Of a DNA stretch of 64,000 bases, positions 24,921 to 38,559 are shown piece after piece (positions within the stretch are counted from its first letter, which is position 1; every line of letters starts with the position of its first letter). The translations under genes were made by a program, and so were the position numbers. Below the pieces are notes generated by a model that searched no databases, was not told the DNA's origin, and saw only the letters and a program-made list of their open reading frames with translations. Source of the DNA: Hydrolagus affinis (taxonomy: Eukaryota); assembly GCA_012026655.1 (NCBI GenBank), contig JAAILG010000727.1:1-64000 (forward strand), given 5' to 3'.

Positions 24921-25930
24921 AGGATAGCGCACAAAATACTACAAACAAATGTAGCTATCAAGGCACAAATCAGTGATCAAAACACCTCTACCTCGTCAAA
25001 AGGCCAGAATTTGTTCATGTTGTCATTTTTTCAGACAAGAACACATCAATGCTGGTTGGATGAGTTTGGAGCTTAAGTATGAAGTTAGAACAAAAGATCA
25101 CCCCATTTACATCAGTTTCTTCTTTTGGGCAAAAAACAATCGACTTGATGAGTGCTTCACCATCAAAGTCCAAATTAAGGGGAGCCTGGTCTCTTCCCTT
25201 TAAACTGACCTTCAAGCAACCGAGCAAACAATGAGGAACTGGAGACAATATCACGTGTTACAATAAAGCAGTGTTTCTTCTGCAGTCAGACAAGGGATCT
25301 GCTCATGTGCTCGGCTGAGCATCAGCAGCTCAAACAGTGAAAAGTACCAGATTTATGGGAATCACAATATTGTGTCACACAGCACACTCGGCACTGACTG
25401 ACTCACTGGTAACAAATAATAATAGTGTCAGCTCCACATCAATCATTTAACCTGAGTCAAATCCATCAGTGTATTACTCTGGTAAACATTTGTGGCACTT
25501 ATTAAATTTGTTAGCATTCATTAAGGCACTCTAAGCGACCACTCGAACACTACTGAATCTAATTAACTCCTGCTAAAATACTCAAACTGATTCAATTCAT
25601 AAAACACTATTTTCACAGATTGCATGTAAAAGTTCATATTGTGAGTGTTTCTTCCCAGTTTAATTAATAGTGAATGGCCAAACAATGCAGACAATTAGCA
25701 AAGGCCAAAGCAATCTCTGCTCCCTGCAGGATCTCGGCATTCTTGCCTCGTTGGAATGATAGCTTGCGCAATGTATTCCACTTCTGATTGTGAAGCCTTT
25801 GGAAATGCTGTGGCAAACATTCCAGCTCCCCACAAGTCCACATCCATGTGACTTTCCCTCCTGCTCGGTGCTCTATAAATGCAAACATGCAGTCCATCTA
25901 CATGTGCATATTTGTGTGTGTGCACGTTTG

Positions 25931-26150
25931 TATAATAATAATATTTCTTGTGTTTGATGGAAGTGCCTTATCACATCTTGGAGACATCTCAAAACGCTTC
26001 ACAGAATATATTGTAAAGTGAATTGACTGTATATTTTTGTGGGCAAAACTTTTGTGTGCAGCATGCGTGTACAATGGGCGTGCGTATGTGTGTGTGTGTG
26101 TGTGTATATGTGTATGCATGTGTGTGTTTGAGTGCAATGTGTACATGTGT
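25931..26150 (-). mobile_element. Family A SINE 3' fragment followed by a (TG)n-rich tract
   Basis: cgcttcacagaatatattgtaaagtgaattgactgtatatt, then TG repeats at 26086-26150. Confidence 0.8.
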
Positions 26151-29103
26151 AGTATGTTTGGTGCAGTACACTCAGCTAAATCTCGTCTTTTCTCTTTAGC
26201 TTTTCAAGTTATTGGGATTTACACTTGGAATAGCTGGGAAAAATAATTACCTTTCACTTCCCAAGAAAGATTAAAGAGATTAGCAAGCCAAATGGACACA
26301 GAATAAGGCAGGATGTGCAGGGTTCATTTGGTTTTAACACATACAATGTTGATCTAGTATAAAGAGATCATTATCAATTACTGTTTAGATTCATGTGAAT
26401 GAAATATGTGTGGTGAAAATCGAGGCAACTGGTTGTGTAGACTAAATTTCCCTTTTTCTGTTTGTTTTCATTATCTACCGATAGTAGTAATAGTAATAAT
26501 AATCCTTCCTTTTGATATAGTGTCTTACTTATCACACCGTCAAGATGTCTCAAAGTTCTTCACAGGAAATATTGTGAAGTGGATTAACTATGTGTTTTGT
26601 GGGCAAACATAGAAAAAGTTCATTTGGTATAATTCATTCCCCAAAAAAAGTTTGCCAAGAAATCTAACACTCAATTTTTTTAAAAAAAATGCATATAACA
26701 GAATACTTAGCACTGAAGTACCAATAAATGGTTGGAAGCAGTTTATGCAGTATCTCTACAGCAAGTGAGTTTAAAAGGAGAGCAAGTACTTTGTCCTGTA
26801 GGGCAAGATAAAAACATGGAGTGGAGCTTTGTAACTCCTGCACGTCTCTATACTGACAAGGTGTCAGGCAATCAAATTTACAGAAGTAATAATGATAACA
26901 CTGCACATCAGGAGGACATCTCAAATTGCTTCACAGGACTTTACTGTGACTATAAAGCAGTAAAGCAGTGACTATATTTTGTAGGCAAAACTGGCAATCA
27001 ATTTGCACATGCCAATGTTCCACTACAAGCTGTCAATTTTATCAAAGAGATTGTTGACCAGATCACTGGGAGAAAACTGCCTTATCTAAGTAAGGAATTA
27101 AAAAAGCGGGTGAGAACGAATGAGAGAAACATGTAGGAATCCTGCTCAAATCAGATTATTTCTGGGCTGGGTAAGTGTTATCGGTCAGATCGCTGGAGGA
27201 AGTTGGTTTCCTGATAAATACTATCTCAAGAAAATACTGCAAACTGAAAAGTGTAAAGCTGGTTTATAACCTGTGATAGTAAGCCATGGATCAATGTGTC
27301 AGGACAACAGCCCAACAAACATGGGCAGCAATTTCAAAGCTGAGCCATATTTTGATCCAAGGGTGAAACTTGAATATCGACAGGATTTTTCTCTTTACAG
27401 TTTTATACCACAAAATGGACACTTGCTTCACTGACACACCAGCATGTATCTTTTGTAAGTTCTTTCATGGTATTTGTGCCAACACTGGGCTCGTCCTGTC
27501 CTTACATTCCAGCCCATTGCTCGGCAGCTGCTTCAACTCACTTTGTAGAAAAATCGAGAACACTTACAGAATTACTCTAGGGCAGCGCAATAACAATGAC
27601 CAGACCTCTGGTCTATTCTGCAATTACTTGCTATAATGATGAGCATGTAACAACCCTGGCTGGGCTGGTTCGTTTAAATAAAGCTCACCCAGCAAATGCA
27701 CTAGGACCATTAGAACGCTGAGAGAGGAGCAAAATAATTCAATCTGCGAACATAAACTGTGTTTAAAAAAACATGTGCAGTAAGCATTAAAATTATCATT
27801 AACTTTGATATCCTCTTCGTTTGTGCCAAGAATACTTAATAAAACAACTTTTTTTAAAAACGGCAAGACAAATAAACAGTGAACTCATTGTGTGGGTGTT
27901 AAAAAGATTTTAGCGAAATTGGCTACAATTAGTATTCTGGGAATAAGTTTAAATAATAAAAGCAAGAGTTAAAGTTTAGGAACTCGTGGCTGTTTGACCA
28001 CCTCGTTATTGACAATCGGCTTCTGCGGTAAAGTCAAGTGGCTATTCAACAATCAACAGGACCAGGTCAGACCCGAGCATGTTACACTGGCTGGTGATCA
28101 AGGTCATCCACACAGACATTGCCACCCACAGATTAGCGAGCAACTCTTGAGTTAAAGCCAACAACATTCACAGAGGCGCCTGTCCAGGAAAAGGAAAACA
28201 ATTGGGAAAAGAGGCAGAAATATATTACCACTCGTCCCCAGGGGCAAGTGTGTCCAACCCATATTATTCGATTTAAACCACACCACATAGAACATAATTA
28301 AAACTACCGCAATAAAGGTTTGCTCAATCATTCCAATTGTTGTGGAGACAGGAAACAATTCATTTGGGGAAAGGGATTGTTTTCCAGTCCTATGCTTGTC
28401 CAAGGGCAAGAGGGTCTTTTTCAAATTAATTCTGCAGTGTATTGTGACATTAGTTTTAATTTAATCACTCCTCTCTCAAATTGCCAAAGCTGACTAGCTA
28501 ACAAGGTACCACTAATCGACTTGACTAAGAGTACCAATGGTGCTTGTGTGTGTGTGTGGCAGTCTGTACCCATGCAGTATGCAGGAGGTGGACATCGAGT
28601 CTCAGAATGCATCGTAGTAATATGCAATACCCAGTCAGGCCAAACTGAGGATAATCATTCTAAAGTGGCTCTGCACAGCACATCAGATCTGAAACTATCT
28701 GTGAAAGCCAGCACAAAGAGATGAAGAAACTGAGGAGGGGAACAAGCATAAAGACAAAAATATATCTTATGTTTGACAGCTAACCTGGCTTCATAACCAA
28801 GTTAAATGTGTATTTAATGTGGGAAAATGATCCCACTGACCTTGTCCACAAATCACATTCTCACTTTAACCCAAATGGAAATGGTAGACACAGCATTCTG
28901 AAATATAGCTCTTGTTCTTGATTTAATGTACAAGTTCCCCAGAGTATACATAGCAATCACCAGCTCTGAAAACTTTTCAGGCACTAGGATGCCATCTAAA
29001 TGTGGGTGAAAAGTCTCCATCACAGAGTCTCTGCAATGGCAATGGTCAATACTACTTCCAAAAGTAAGAGATCGCAAGGATTCTGGCCTAGAGGAGAGGG
29101 TAG

Positions 29104-29427
29104 GTGGATCCCTTAGATCCATGGTTACAGCCTTCCCCTTACAGGCGAGAGACCTGGATTCGATTCCCGGCAGGTCAGGGTGAAACCTTGGGCAAGTTTC
29201 CTTATCCCACACACACACACACAGCTGATAAAAATCCATCAAGAAAAAAAATAATAAATTGTTCATGGCAATCCACAACTGTTTGAGGGACACTACTGAG
29301 AGCAATTGGCTTGTCACATTTCGCCCACAAATATAGTCAATTCACTTTACAGTATATTCTGTGAAGTGCTTTGAGATGTCTAGAAGATGTGAAAAGCGCT
29401 ACATCAAATGCAAGGATTATTATTATA
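29104..29427 (+). mobile_element. Full-length family A SINE (short subfamily)
   Basis: tRNA-like head with B-box gattcgattcc, then body and tail gagatgtctagaagatgtgaaaagcgct...ggattattattat. Confidence 0.9.
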
Positions 29428-31759
29428 CAAGTCACAGGAAGCCAGTAATCTATTCAGTATGGATATTCTACTGAACAACAAATGAAACAAAGATGAGAAG
29501 CATTTATTGGACAATATTTAAGTTTCAGGGAAGTGGGCTGGTGTCAATGTTACCCGTATGTAATCCATATGAGTGATGGCCTCAGAACATTTTCAGCCTA
29601 CTCCCACTTGCTTTGATCTGTCTGAACATTTCTGGAACAAGTATTTTGAGCGACGTAACACTAGAGTGAAGTTGGTAATTGTATAAGTAATTTAGGTCAT
29701 AATTTAAGTGGCTCACAGAGGAACATACTCACACAACATTGAAGCATTTTAGCTGATGTGTGATTTCTCCAACTTCTAGACTGGTCAGACTACCAGAAGT
29801 TAGTTATCAATAAACAGTGTGTTTCCCTTTAACCCGCACATTCCTTCAATGGAGTCCCATTGCTTTATCTGTTGATGTTTTCCCTCCCAAAGATTTCCAT
29901 GCATGAGATACTCCAGAGAAATATTGGATTCTCTTTCTCAGCCTCCCACCCTCCCCATTTTATCAGCAAGAAAGTGAACCACCTCCCACCCATCCCGAGA
30001 TGTTCATTAAAAATACTCAGGAAACAAAGTGGATACAACAGTCTGAACATGGATTACTCGACCATGTGTCCATGGGGTTCTGTTGAATTTTTACTGTATT
30101 TATTTCAGGGGGGTGTTTTTCACATCAAGTCTAATTACTGACAGGACCAATTTGTAGTCAATTTCCTCAATCTTTTAGCCAAACGCCCTATTGTTCCGTG
30201 AAGTGGCCATGTTCTGGCAGCACTTTGAGAAAATAAATATTTTAAAAGTCCAAGATTCAGTGTTGAGTTTTCAAAGTGAAACAATTGGCTGTTCATGTAC
30301 TAAATCCCAATGCATATTGGGATTTTTACGGATAAATTCACACTAGGGAACTGAACCTTCTCCCCATCTCTTAGCCCTATTATATCCGCTGTTGTGGTAC
30401 AGATACTGCCTGCCTTGCATTAAGTTATCCAGCTAATTAGCCATAGCAGAGAAGATGATGCCGTTGCATTCCACAGCAGTCTCTGTGCAGGATAAGAATG
30501 TCAGGAGGAAACACCAGTAAATCAGTGGTATATTTATCTATTCACAAGGCGAAACCTTGGGCTGGGAGTATCATTACAGCCATATTGTTTAGCAGACAAG
30601 GTTGCTCTTGTGCCGATCAATGCCATGCATTACAACACGCAACCAGTGCTCACAGACAGTACACAAAAACAACATCGACAGAACCTCACCTCACAATGCC
30701 CAGGTCAACATTCGTCCACCAGACAAATGCATGCTTGCAGGTTGAAGGAGGGAAAAAGGGACAAAGTCTTGAGAACAGGCAAAGTGAAATTGTCCAAGAT
30801 TGTTTGGGCTTGCTGGATCATGATCACCTTTCTCATAAATTCAATGAATTCAACGTGGAGCCTAAATCCATAAGTTTTTTTTTAAAATCGAAGGCAACCT
30901 GCTGTCAGTGACTATCAAATAAACCTGCAGTTTGCCACACACATTGTTCATATAAAATGAATGTTTCCATCCTTTTATCTTACTTGTTATGTGCTCCTCA
31001 ATCACACCCACAAAGTCAGCATTGTGTGCCCACACTAGTGTGTACAATCTGACCTGTAAATGTGCTATGTTTGTGCATACGCGCAGAGGATGGGAAGACA
31101 CAAAACTAATCTAAAAGCTTTAACAGAGTAAGAAGAATGGAACTACAGAAAATGAAGATGGGTTTAATTTTAATCTGGCAGAGACATTGTATGTACTATG
31201 AATGCGTAACTGGAGTTGACAGAGCTGGATTCATTTTTCGAAGTGATTTGGGTATTGGAATGAGAAACCCACAATTGTCTGTTCTTGTGTGTTTGGTGGG
31301 CGATACAAAATGGAAAATACCAGAAATCAACAGGTGAAGTGTGTAGTCAATTGAAACAAACCCTTTAGAACTGGGGCTATAGTTCTCAATTTATTTATGA
31401 ACACGATAATTTGGAAAGGACTGGATTCACAGAATTTTCTAATTTTGTGATGATCAAAGGTTTCATACCAGGGGGAAAGGAATAGGAGAGACTGTGACAT
31501 GCTGAGCAAATTCCTTTCAAATGGCCACCACTGCGCGATTGTGCAGGTTTGAAACGAGAGGAGTGGAGAACGGTTGGATGAATCCAAATCCACTTTCAGA
31601 ATCAATCAGAGCCTCCATTGTTCAGATTGGGATTCTTCCCCCAACTTTGTATAGGGTAGCTTCAGGGACTCTTGGCTACTGCATCACAGCATGAAAAGAG
31701 AACAAAAAGGCAGGAAATCTTAAAATTTCCCACCTCCCCCAGATCTATGGAAAAGGGCA

Positions 31760-32005
31760 AAGATTTGATTCCTGGGCTAAGCTAGGCAATGTCTCATCAT
31801 TTAAGGCCGCCATTACCTTGAAATTGGATTCAGGATCGCAGGCAAGGCTTTGGTGGGAAAAGCAATCTGGATTCTTGCTCCTAATCATTATCCCCAGTGC
31901 CCCAAGTATATATCTGTAAACACTGGATGAAGACAGGATGTCGGCTTATCTTGGGACCTCCACAAACGAAGTGCCTGTGACATTCCTTGAGAGTCTGAAT
32001 GACAG
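31760..32005 (+). mobile_element. Degenerate family C SINE
   Basis: ttcttgctcctaatcattatccccagtgccc...ggatgaagacaggat, homologous to the 13.7k and 61.1k copies. Confidence 0.5.
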
Positions 32006-35000
32006 AGATTTGTAACAGAAGTGGTGCTCTTTCAGTTACTAGAAATAGCAGTGAGGCTTATTTATTATAATAATCTAGTCATTTCAATTCAAATCTCTTA
32101 AGTTATTATGATAATGCTTGCATTTGATATTGCTAGTGAGCTTGTATGAAATGCAACAAAGGTATTTGCAGCAGCTAATCTGCACTGCAAACAGCAAAGA
32201 GATACATTGACAAATTAATTGGTCCTGTGGTAAGTCAGGGTGAGGGAGCAATATTAGTCAGGGCACCAGGAGAACTTCCTGTTCTTTAAAGAAGTGCCCT
32301 GTAACATCAATCATTTGAACTTAAGTACATGCATGTTGGACAACTTAAAGGCTGACCGTTTCATAAAATCTGCTCAGCTGAGGAAGGCTCTTTGTCTCAT
32401 TTATCTATCCCTTCCAGAATACCAACCTGCTATCTTTCACCAAGCTGTTTCTTAAATTATCCATCCATTCTTCAAGATAACCCATTCAAGCTATTGACCT
32501 TTGCCTCAATGTAATACTTCCTGGTGCCTGTCCTAAGTTGTTCTTATCCCTGACTCTCGTATCCTGCCTTTCAGCATACTAGAGTCTATTGTTCGTTTTT
32601 TCTCTTCCATCTCGTTCATTAATGATAATTTCTGATAAATCATTTCCAGTTTAGAATGGAGTAAGAATGGAGGCGCTAATCCTTTACAGTTAATGAGAGT
32701 GCTTTCCCTAGATCTTGTGATAACCAAGAACATTACTGAATGAAAGCAACCATCATTTTCATTCACTGGCTCGGAAACCATCACAGTTAAGTTTCTTTTC
32801 TTTCCTCATTGAGGTCACAAGTTACTGCAGAGGGGTGAGCACCACTCCGCAATCAAGTAACAGAAAATACATGGTTAGGACATCACTGACTCTTCACAGT
32901 AGCTGTGGCTGTTGTGGTTCTTAAAAAGGTAAACACCTGTAGAGCAGTGTGGCAACCAATGCAACTAAACCCAACACCGAAGTCAAATTCATCAAAGTTG
33001 GGATATAAAGCATGAGAGCCCTTTGCTAAACACCCTATTGCTGGAGATGAGCTCTTCTTAATGGTTATTTTCACAATGTGAACGCTTTTTAAAGTGTTGC
33101 TGTTTTAAAGGACATAGCGTGGACATTGTAAGAGAGGGCCTTCTTTTGTTGCAAAGTGCAGATATCAGCTTGCAGTGATCTGAAAAGGCAGTCTGTGCAA
33201 ATTGAACAAAAGGGACAGTGTCTCTTTCCAACCTTTCCTCATTGCAGAAATACTTGCATTTCGGTGATGTGCAAAAGGGAGGCAAAAGGAGCTGGGATTC
33301 GGGTTGCTTCGGAACACCAAGTGCAGTGCCTTCCATGCTTACATTACATTTTACAAGAGTTCTTTATCCCAACCTGTACTCGGTTTGAAGGAACACTTCC
33401 TTCCAACCCCACAATTCTGTCTGATACATGATTCATGAGGCTCTGAGTAATGGGAAACAGAATTTTTTTCTTTCTCCAACTGTTCCCAAACTTGGAGGTT
33501 GCGAGAAAAAAATAAGCATTTCATCTTCTCAAGACAGCTCTTGCTTTCAACGCCTCGCCTCTGGGCCAGGTTTGTTTTCCATTGGAAATGTTTGGATAAA
33601 AGGGGAATCAAAAGATTGGCACATCGATGTAGGCACGTGCAACAGAGGGCTGCTCAGAGGATGGATTGCACTGCCACAGTGCATGGTATTCCCTTCTCAG
33701 TGAGGTCAAGCCTCAGCTTCACTTCACTAAGTATTGGTTAGTAACCACTAATGAAAGCAACTCAAGTAAATCCCACTAATCACTGATTGACATTACTGTG
33801 CTACACTATTACGCTGCACTTTACCATCACTGTTATATTAGGTACCGATGCTTTCCAACTTTGGAAGAAATTTCTGCTGTCTAAGTCAGTTCTGCAGTTA
33901 AATCTCAATACCCCTAAACATGAAAGCTTTCCCATACCCCACCCCCAAACTTCAAGTACAGCTAGCTTGCAGGTGCAACATTGGGCCCAGCACAATAAAA
34001 GGTACTTAAGGTCATTCAGCAGATATTAATTCCTACACCAAGAGAAAACACAACACAAGCTACAGTGCTTTTCTAAAGAAAATCCAGTTACTTAAAACTA
34101 CCTAAGTTTCTGTCATTAATTGAAATGTTCAGGAGGACATCTGACGCATCAGAGCAACAACAACAAAACTACATCTGTATAGCATCTTTCATGTCAGGAG
34201 GATGTCCTAAGGTGCTACAAGTCATATACACTGGGATAGATAGCAGAGCTGGATTGGAGGTTGGATAGATTAGGAGTTACGAGGACGAGAATTGGTGAAA
34301 GGATTTCTCCTTTCTTCACCACGGGTAAATAAACAATTTCTAATAAGGTCGGACTTTAATAAAGGCTGTAATTGGAGGCAGTGGGACAAATTCTGTGAAA
34401 TTAATGACTCCCGGGCAGATTAATCAATTGCCATCTGGTACTGTCCCAGGACTACTCAGAACTTCAGAAAAAAAAGTAAACAAGCAAGAACCAAGGTGCA
34501 CTGTCTTCCCTCACTGTGGTTGGAATGGATGAGAAGTGGTGACCTGGACCATTTGTACAAAGTCAGTTTGTACCATTTGTACTTATCAGGAAAGCTTCTC
34601 AGGAAACCTTGAGGTCTGATATTCTAACAGAGTGGTGGCTAACCCATGGCCAAAAGTTTAGCTGTGAACAAGTGGCCTGCCGTACATTCTAAACCCTCAA
34701 GTTGAGACTGTTTTAAATTAATGTTTTGTTTCCAGATTTTTCTTGATTTGTTCCAATCAAGAAAATTGAGTTTGTTGGCTGACTAAAAAGGTTGACCACC
34801 ACTTGTTGAAAACTCCCTTAGGGGGAATCAACACTAACGAGGGAATCCACACTGAGATAATTGATTCAGAGATACTGAAGGCAGCATAATGTACTTTATA
34901 CACTATTTCCACAGATACCATGATTCAAATCAGATTGAATCTCATCTTGTGTGGTCATCTTGCAGAGCTCTCTCCTTTCTTGGAACAGAATAAAGTCTCT

Positions 35001-35489
35001 TGTGAAGCTTTTATTTTCCCCATGACAACGGTGCCTCTTTAAACACTAATATTGTACACATTGTTTTAAACATTTATTCAAACGTACACTTTGCCAGAAT
35101 TCTAAGTAAGTCATCTAGTGGGTCTGGATTCAGGGCCCTGCAATTTGATTTAAAAGAAAAGACGACTAGAAAAGAGTCAATAAATTTGAGCATTATGTGT
35201 GTCACGTGTTAACTTTAGAAATTTTTCTCAAGTCATCCTTTGAGTAAGCTCAACACAAGCCCTCTTCATAGAGATGGAGGTTATCTGGCTGAGAAGGTAA
35301 CTGAAAGAATACAAGAATAAGTATTCTCTTTGGAGAAACTGTTCAACGAGAATATTTGCTATTGTATTGTTTTTTCCTCTTTCAGTCTGTGCGGGCAAAA
35401 CGCAGCAGACCATGGTCTCCAGATCCAATGCAGAAGTGCTAGCAAAGTGAATATGGGTTCAGAAATAAAGAGAATGGAAAGCAGGTTAG

Positions 35490-35665
35490 TAGCATCTGAG
35501 AAGAGAAACGTTTCGACTCAGAAAAAGAGGTTCGTTCATGAAACCTGCTTCTGTTCTGATTAAGTGAAAGAACCAAAACATGAATCTATCTCTTTCAGCT
35601 GGTATTTGACCTGCAGTGTGTTTCCATCATTTTTGTTTTTATTTCAGATTTCCAGTATTTGTGTT
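35490..35665. mobile_element. Degenerate Penelope-type terminal remnant in inverted arrangement
   Basis: tgacctgcagtgtgtttccatcatttttgtttt resembles 53875-53909. agcatctgagaagagaaacgtttcga is the same terminus on the reverse strand. Confidence 0.5.
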
Positions 35666-35819
35666 TTGTTTCCTTTGACCTCTGAAGTTTCAGAGTTCAA
35701 TTTGTTGATGCTTGTGTGCACTCACGTGGCAGTGATATTGGAGGCCCAGTATGGGAAAGACACAAGACCTAGCCACAGCACAGAGATAGGGGTTGACGAG
35801 TAAAAAATTAGTCACTTAC

Positions 35820-35846
35820 CAAGGGCGCACAGCAAGCACTTGAGCG
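35820..35846 (-). other. Candidate 27-bp micro-exon
   Basis: Acceptor cctctcccaactgacAG and consensus donor TTG|GTAAGT. All three frames are open. Confidence 0.25.
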
Positions 35847-36189
35847 CTGTCAGTTGGGAGAGGCACAAGTTAGCATTCGATGAAGTGTTGCAGAGATGGG
35901 GCAGGAAAGTTCTGGTCAAACCTGGATTAGCCAATTTCTTCAGCCTTTAGAAGTTTGCCACGGGGTGCTGGCTTGGACTAGAAGTCACCGACATTGATTT
36001 GTTCATCGGTACTCTGCCTGGAGAGTGGAGTTCAATACCTAATCAATAAAGAGAGAAACGGTTAATCATAACAACAAAAACCACTCACTACTGTACTTGC
36101 CATTAGCAACTGCTTCTAGGGCAACTATGATCTAAATCTAACATTCTTCTTCATGGTAATGGTAAGTCATACATAATGTGCTAGTAATT

Positions 36190-36570
36190 TGGCTCCCCCA
36201 ATGATCTAGTGGGTAAAGGTAGGATCCTGAGTAATGCAAAGCCATATAGAGGGGTACAGAGCAAAAGATACTCAGCTGATATCAACCGGGTCAGCTGTAG
36301 GGATCCTCCAAATTCTCTTGATATCATCTGGCTAAAGAACACAGACTATTCCTGATCAGTATCTTGCAATCCCTGCAGAGGTCTTTGTGTGTGCATATGT
36401 GCATAACCATCAAATGAGAACAGGATTGGGCTTGCCTGTAAATGTGCACGAGTTAGGCTCACACTGCAAGGGTAGACATTAGGATGAGGTACTAGAAAGC
36501 TATGAGTGGCAGTGGAATTTACAATTCAGCAAGCATAGCACCTTCAGGTAGGTAGGAGGGAAGAAAAGGA
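36190..36570 (+). mobile_element. Family C SINE, near full length
   Basis: ggctcccc...agtgggtaaagg head, cagctgatatc, gaacaggattgggct, and 3' end gcaccttcagg...gaggg. Confidence 0.65.
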
Positions 36571-37254
36571 TGTTTCCCATTATAAAACCGAGTTATAAAC
36601 TATAAAAGAGTTATAGTTCCCAGTCTGTGTGAGGAAAAGAGGGGAGGGGCACATCCAGCCTGTGTTTTGTGTTGACAGAATCTAGTTGAGTTAGGTAATA
36701 AAATACACTGGGCATGTATTGCTCAGATGTAAAAACTCCTGATACACAGCACTGTAAAATGCAACCTAGTGCCACTTTACACCCCAAGATTACAGATAGT
36801 GTAGGAAGCTTTTTCCCACATACTATGAAGGAGGTGGGAGGGTGGGGGGGGTGGGGGTAGAGGAGCAGAACAGTGTATATGCAAACCTAATTGTGATAGC
36901 ACCTTTTGATTCACAAAGGAGAATTGTTGGGAATATCTCATGAAATGCATCATGGCAATCAAATAGCCTCTGGCACAACATACCCTGCAGTGCAACAAGG
37001 CGACTCTGCAGTGGAATGTGTATGTATGATAACAGCGGTGCCCGTGAGAAAGGCTGCTGATTTGGTTAACCATAGTCTAAACCCAGAGTGACGAACAGAA
37101 TGCCACAAAGATTTCTGTGCCTCATCTTACCTGCATTTAATCAGATGTCAAATGACCAACTGGTGACTATCCTCCTGGGGGGTGTGGGGTGGGGGAGGTA
37201 AGTGGGGTGTCCTTGGAACTGAACCGGCTCCAAAGTGACATGCCCGGCAAAGGG

Positions 37255-37740
37255 ATGTCGGAATCCAGCCAGCCCTCTGTGGCGGTCTTGGTAGTCCGGT
37301 TCCTGAGCTAGTCAGATCAGCAGTATTCCAGGGCACTACTAATATAGCCAGCCTGGCTCATCGGCAGGACCTGGAAGGGCAGACCAGTCACTGAGGGCAG
37401 GATAGGGTGATCCTAGCTGGACAAAAGGGTGGAAATGCTTGTCAGACAGCAATATTATTAGCAAACTAGTTGGTTTTAGCTAATTAGACTGCAGTAGTAC
37501 CCTAACACACAATCTGGATCCCCATGCCTTGGCTCTTGCCAATCTGTGCCTAATATTTTCGGGAATTAGGTAAGCAGGATGCATCCCTCCAGGGAGAGGT
37601 GCACATTCTATTCCAACAATCCATCTCTGGGATTTCCATGTGTAGGTGGGATGCATGGAAGTCTCAGGTTGGTTTGGATACTCATAAGCATGATGACAGG
37701 TTTCCACATGTGTCAAAATACCCGGCTGACCAAAACAAAA
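37255..37740. repeat. Unclassified old interspersed repeat (family D), longest copy
   Basis: Colinear similarity to 42690-42952 (same orientation) and to 46325-46420 and 51715-52080 (opposite orientation). Confidence 0.75.
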
Positions 37741-38559
37741 TCTTCAGCTGGTGTGAAGTGCAGCAGATCAAGAGACAGACACTGCCCATCTTAGAGAACA
37801 TAGATTTGACAGGGAACACGAGGCTGCAGATTAAAATAGATTTGTGACAGACCCAGAGACCATTGTGCCACATGGTCAGCTGTCTGCCTGAGACTACTTA
37901 TGGTATCAATAGTCAAACATGCACATTGCCACCCTTCAGCCCTCAGCAAATCACTGATGTGGTGCCCTCAGATACAAGGCATGGAGAAATGAGAAGATTG
38001 CACTGATCAGGTGCCAAAAGGGCACTGCCAACATTTTGTTAACCACGTTACCTACAGTGATGCTTAAAACAATATTCCTTCCATTTACAGAGTGTGTGTG
38101 TGTAACCAGTGTCCTGGTTCTTAGCTCAGTCTCTAATTAAGTTTCAAAATACCCTGATCTATTTAATCCTCTCTCACTCGCAACAGCTGAAAAGAGCCAT
38201 AATGCAATTCCCCAAAGTGGCTGCAAACAGTTTGCAGCAGTTGTGTGGGTTACATTTTCTGAATGTCACTCCCAATTGGAAAGCAGTTTCAAGCTTGTGA
38301 CGTTCGAATGAGGTACTTATGCCCTTTAAGTACCATCTATGCATTTTTATTTGATGGGGATGAGGGGGGTGGGTAAGAAGAGGGAGTCTTTATTTGATGA
38401 TGTTACTAGCATTGAGTTACATTGCAATTAATTCAGTTTTGGAGAGCTCCAAAGCCAGAGCTGGAAACACCAAGGGGCAGATGGCTGCTGCTCACAGTTA
38501 TTGTATACATCCCCAAAGATGCAGTTTTATCCATTCTGCATTGGCTGCTCTTAGCCAGG

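Noticed and set aside
25695-25870. Minus-strand open segment with a possible GC donor (AG|GCAAGA)
   Set aside because: Non-canonical weak donor and no homology; insufficient support.
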